This document shows, piece after piece, positions 62,861 to 64,000 of a stretch of DNA of 64,000 nucleotides. The notes beneath the pieces were generated by a model. The model was not told the DNA's origin. It made no database searches and worked only from the letters and a program-made list of their open reading frames with translations. Both the position numbers and the translations under genes were made by a program. The stretch's first letter is position 1. The number at the start of each line of letters is the position of its first letter. This DNA is from Piromyces finnis finn. Lineage: Eukaryota > Fungi > Neocallimastigomycota. Location: assembly GCA_002104945.1 (NCBI GenBank), contig MCFH01000012.1, positions 248,001-312,000 on the forward strand, given 5' to 3'.

Positions 62861-63299
62861 AAATATTTATTAATAATTAAGATTTTAGTGTAGATTTTAA
62901 ATAATAATATATAAGAAATAAATAGTTATAATATAATATAAATGTATTTAGGAAAAATATAAATAGAAGATATTTTTCATCATTTTATCGATATAATTGT
63001 TATTAATAAAATTTTATTATAATAAAGATATTTCTAAAAACAATTTTTATTTATTTTTTTACTTTTGGTGTTATTGTAATAGAATAGATATCCTAATCTA
63101 TTCTTTTTGTGTCGACTTTACAGTAATGGAGAAATGTTCTCGAAGTTATTAATATCTTTAAACCTACATAACGATTTAGTATAAGGATGAATGAAAAATA
63201 CATTTTCAGTGGTAGACTTCAAGCCTAAAAGAATATCAAAATAGGTAGCTCTATATTTAATAACACAAAAAGCAGCTGAAAATTCATAATTATTTATTT

Positions 63300-63800
63300 T
63301 GACACTTAAACGGACTACGATTGCATAAGCTATATCACTATCACCAAGAGCCTCGTATATACGACCTCTACAGAAACTAACTTGTTTGTACTGATCTGAG
63401 ACACATTTAAGTAACTATATGTTACCAAATTTAAGTTACTTCCTGAATCAATTAATAATTTTCCATTAACACCATCAACAGAACAAGCGACCACGCCAAG
63501 GTTATCTTTAAAATTATTAGGAACCTTTTTTGTGTGTACTGTTCATATTATGAAGTATTGTTTCTTTATCAATAGAACTAATAAATTGAACTTTGTCTAA
63601 TTTTAAATTTTTAGATAGTTCATTTTTTAATTTTGGACAAATGTCTAGAACTTGACCAAATGTGATATTACATTTAGTATTTATCAAATCTTTACAGATA
63701 TCATATGGTTCCATATTATTAATCTTTGCTATCACCGTATGTCTGGTGTTATAATTTGACAATTCTTCCTGTTTTGCAATATTTGGTATATCTGACATAT
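63300..63800 (-). pseudogene. Ty3/Gypsy gag-linker and protease remnant
   Basis: EPYDICKDL..CNITFGQVL, then GKLLIDSGSNLNLV. Confidence 0.7.
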
Positions 63801-64000
63801 TCTTACAATCTATGATATGAAATTAATATGTCTAGCTACATATCAGCCATATTTAAAATAATTTTTATTATTTAAAATATTCAATTTCATATTTAAAAAT
63901 TTATATATAATATTTCATAATAATAATATAATAATTGATATATATTATAATACATTATGTATATATTAATTATAGAATTCATGTAAATATTTCATTTTAT

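Overview
This is a very AT-rich eukaryotic window, most consistent with an anaerobic gut fungus (Neocallimastigomycota; inferred from composition, an intron-less S8 protease fragment and the TE types). It is a nested graveyard of LTR retrotransposons: one intact Ty3/Gypsy element with apparently identical LTRs and a TSD, several decayed Ty3/Gypsy and one Ty1/Copia element, and many solo LTRs with 5-bp TSDs. No intact host gene was found. Four things are not explained by ordinary TEs. (1) An endogenous CRESS-DNA virus partial tandem repeat (Rep1-ori-Cap-Rep2-ori) has a 2671-nt unit genome between two TAGTATTAC stem-loops and two different Reps. (2) A ~255-nt structured RNA candidate with consistent and compensatory substitutions and a group-I-ribozyme-like core sits in the gag leader of two unrelated retrotransposon families. 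(3) Two decayed halves of a compact, divergent RNA polymerase largest subunit (A'-like and A''-like) are probably of viral or plasmid origin. (4) A tRNA-like A/B-box module lies inside one LTR family, and both LTRs of that element were hit by different LTR families at the same ATCAT site. All alignments were done by eye; no database searches were run.
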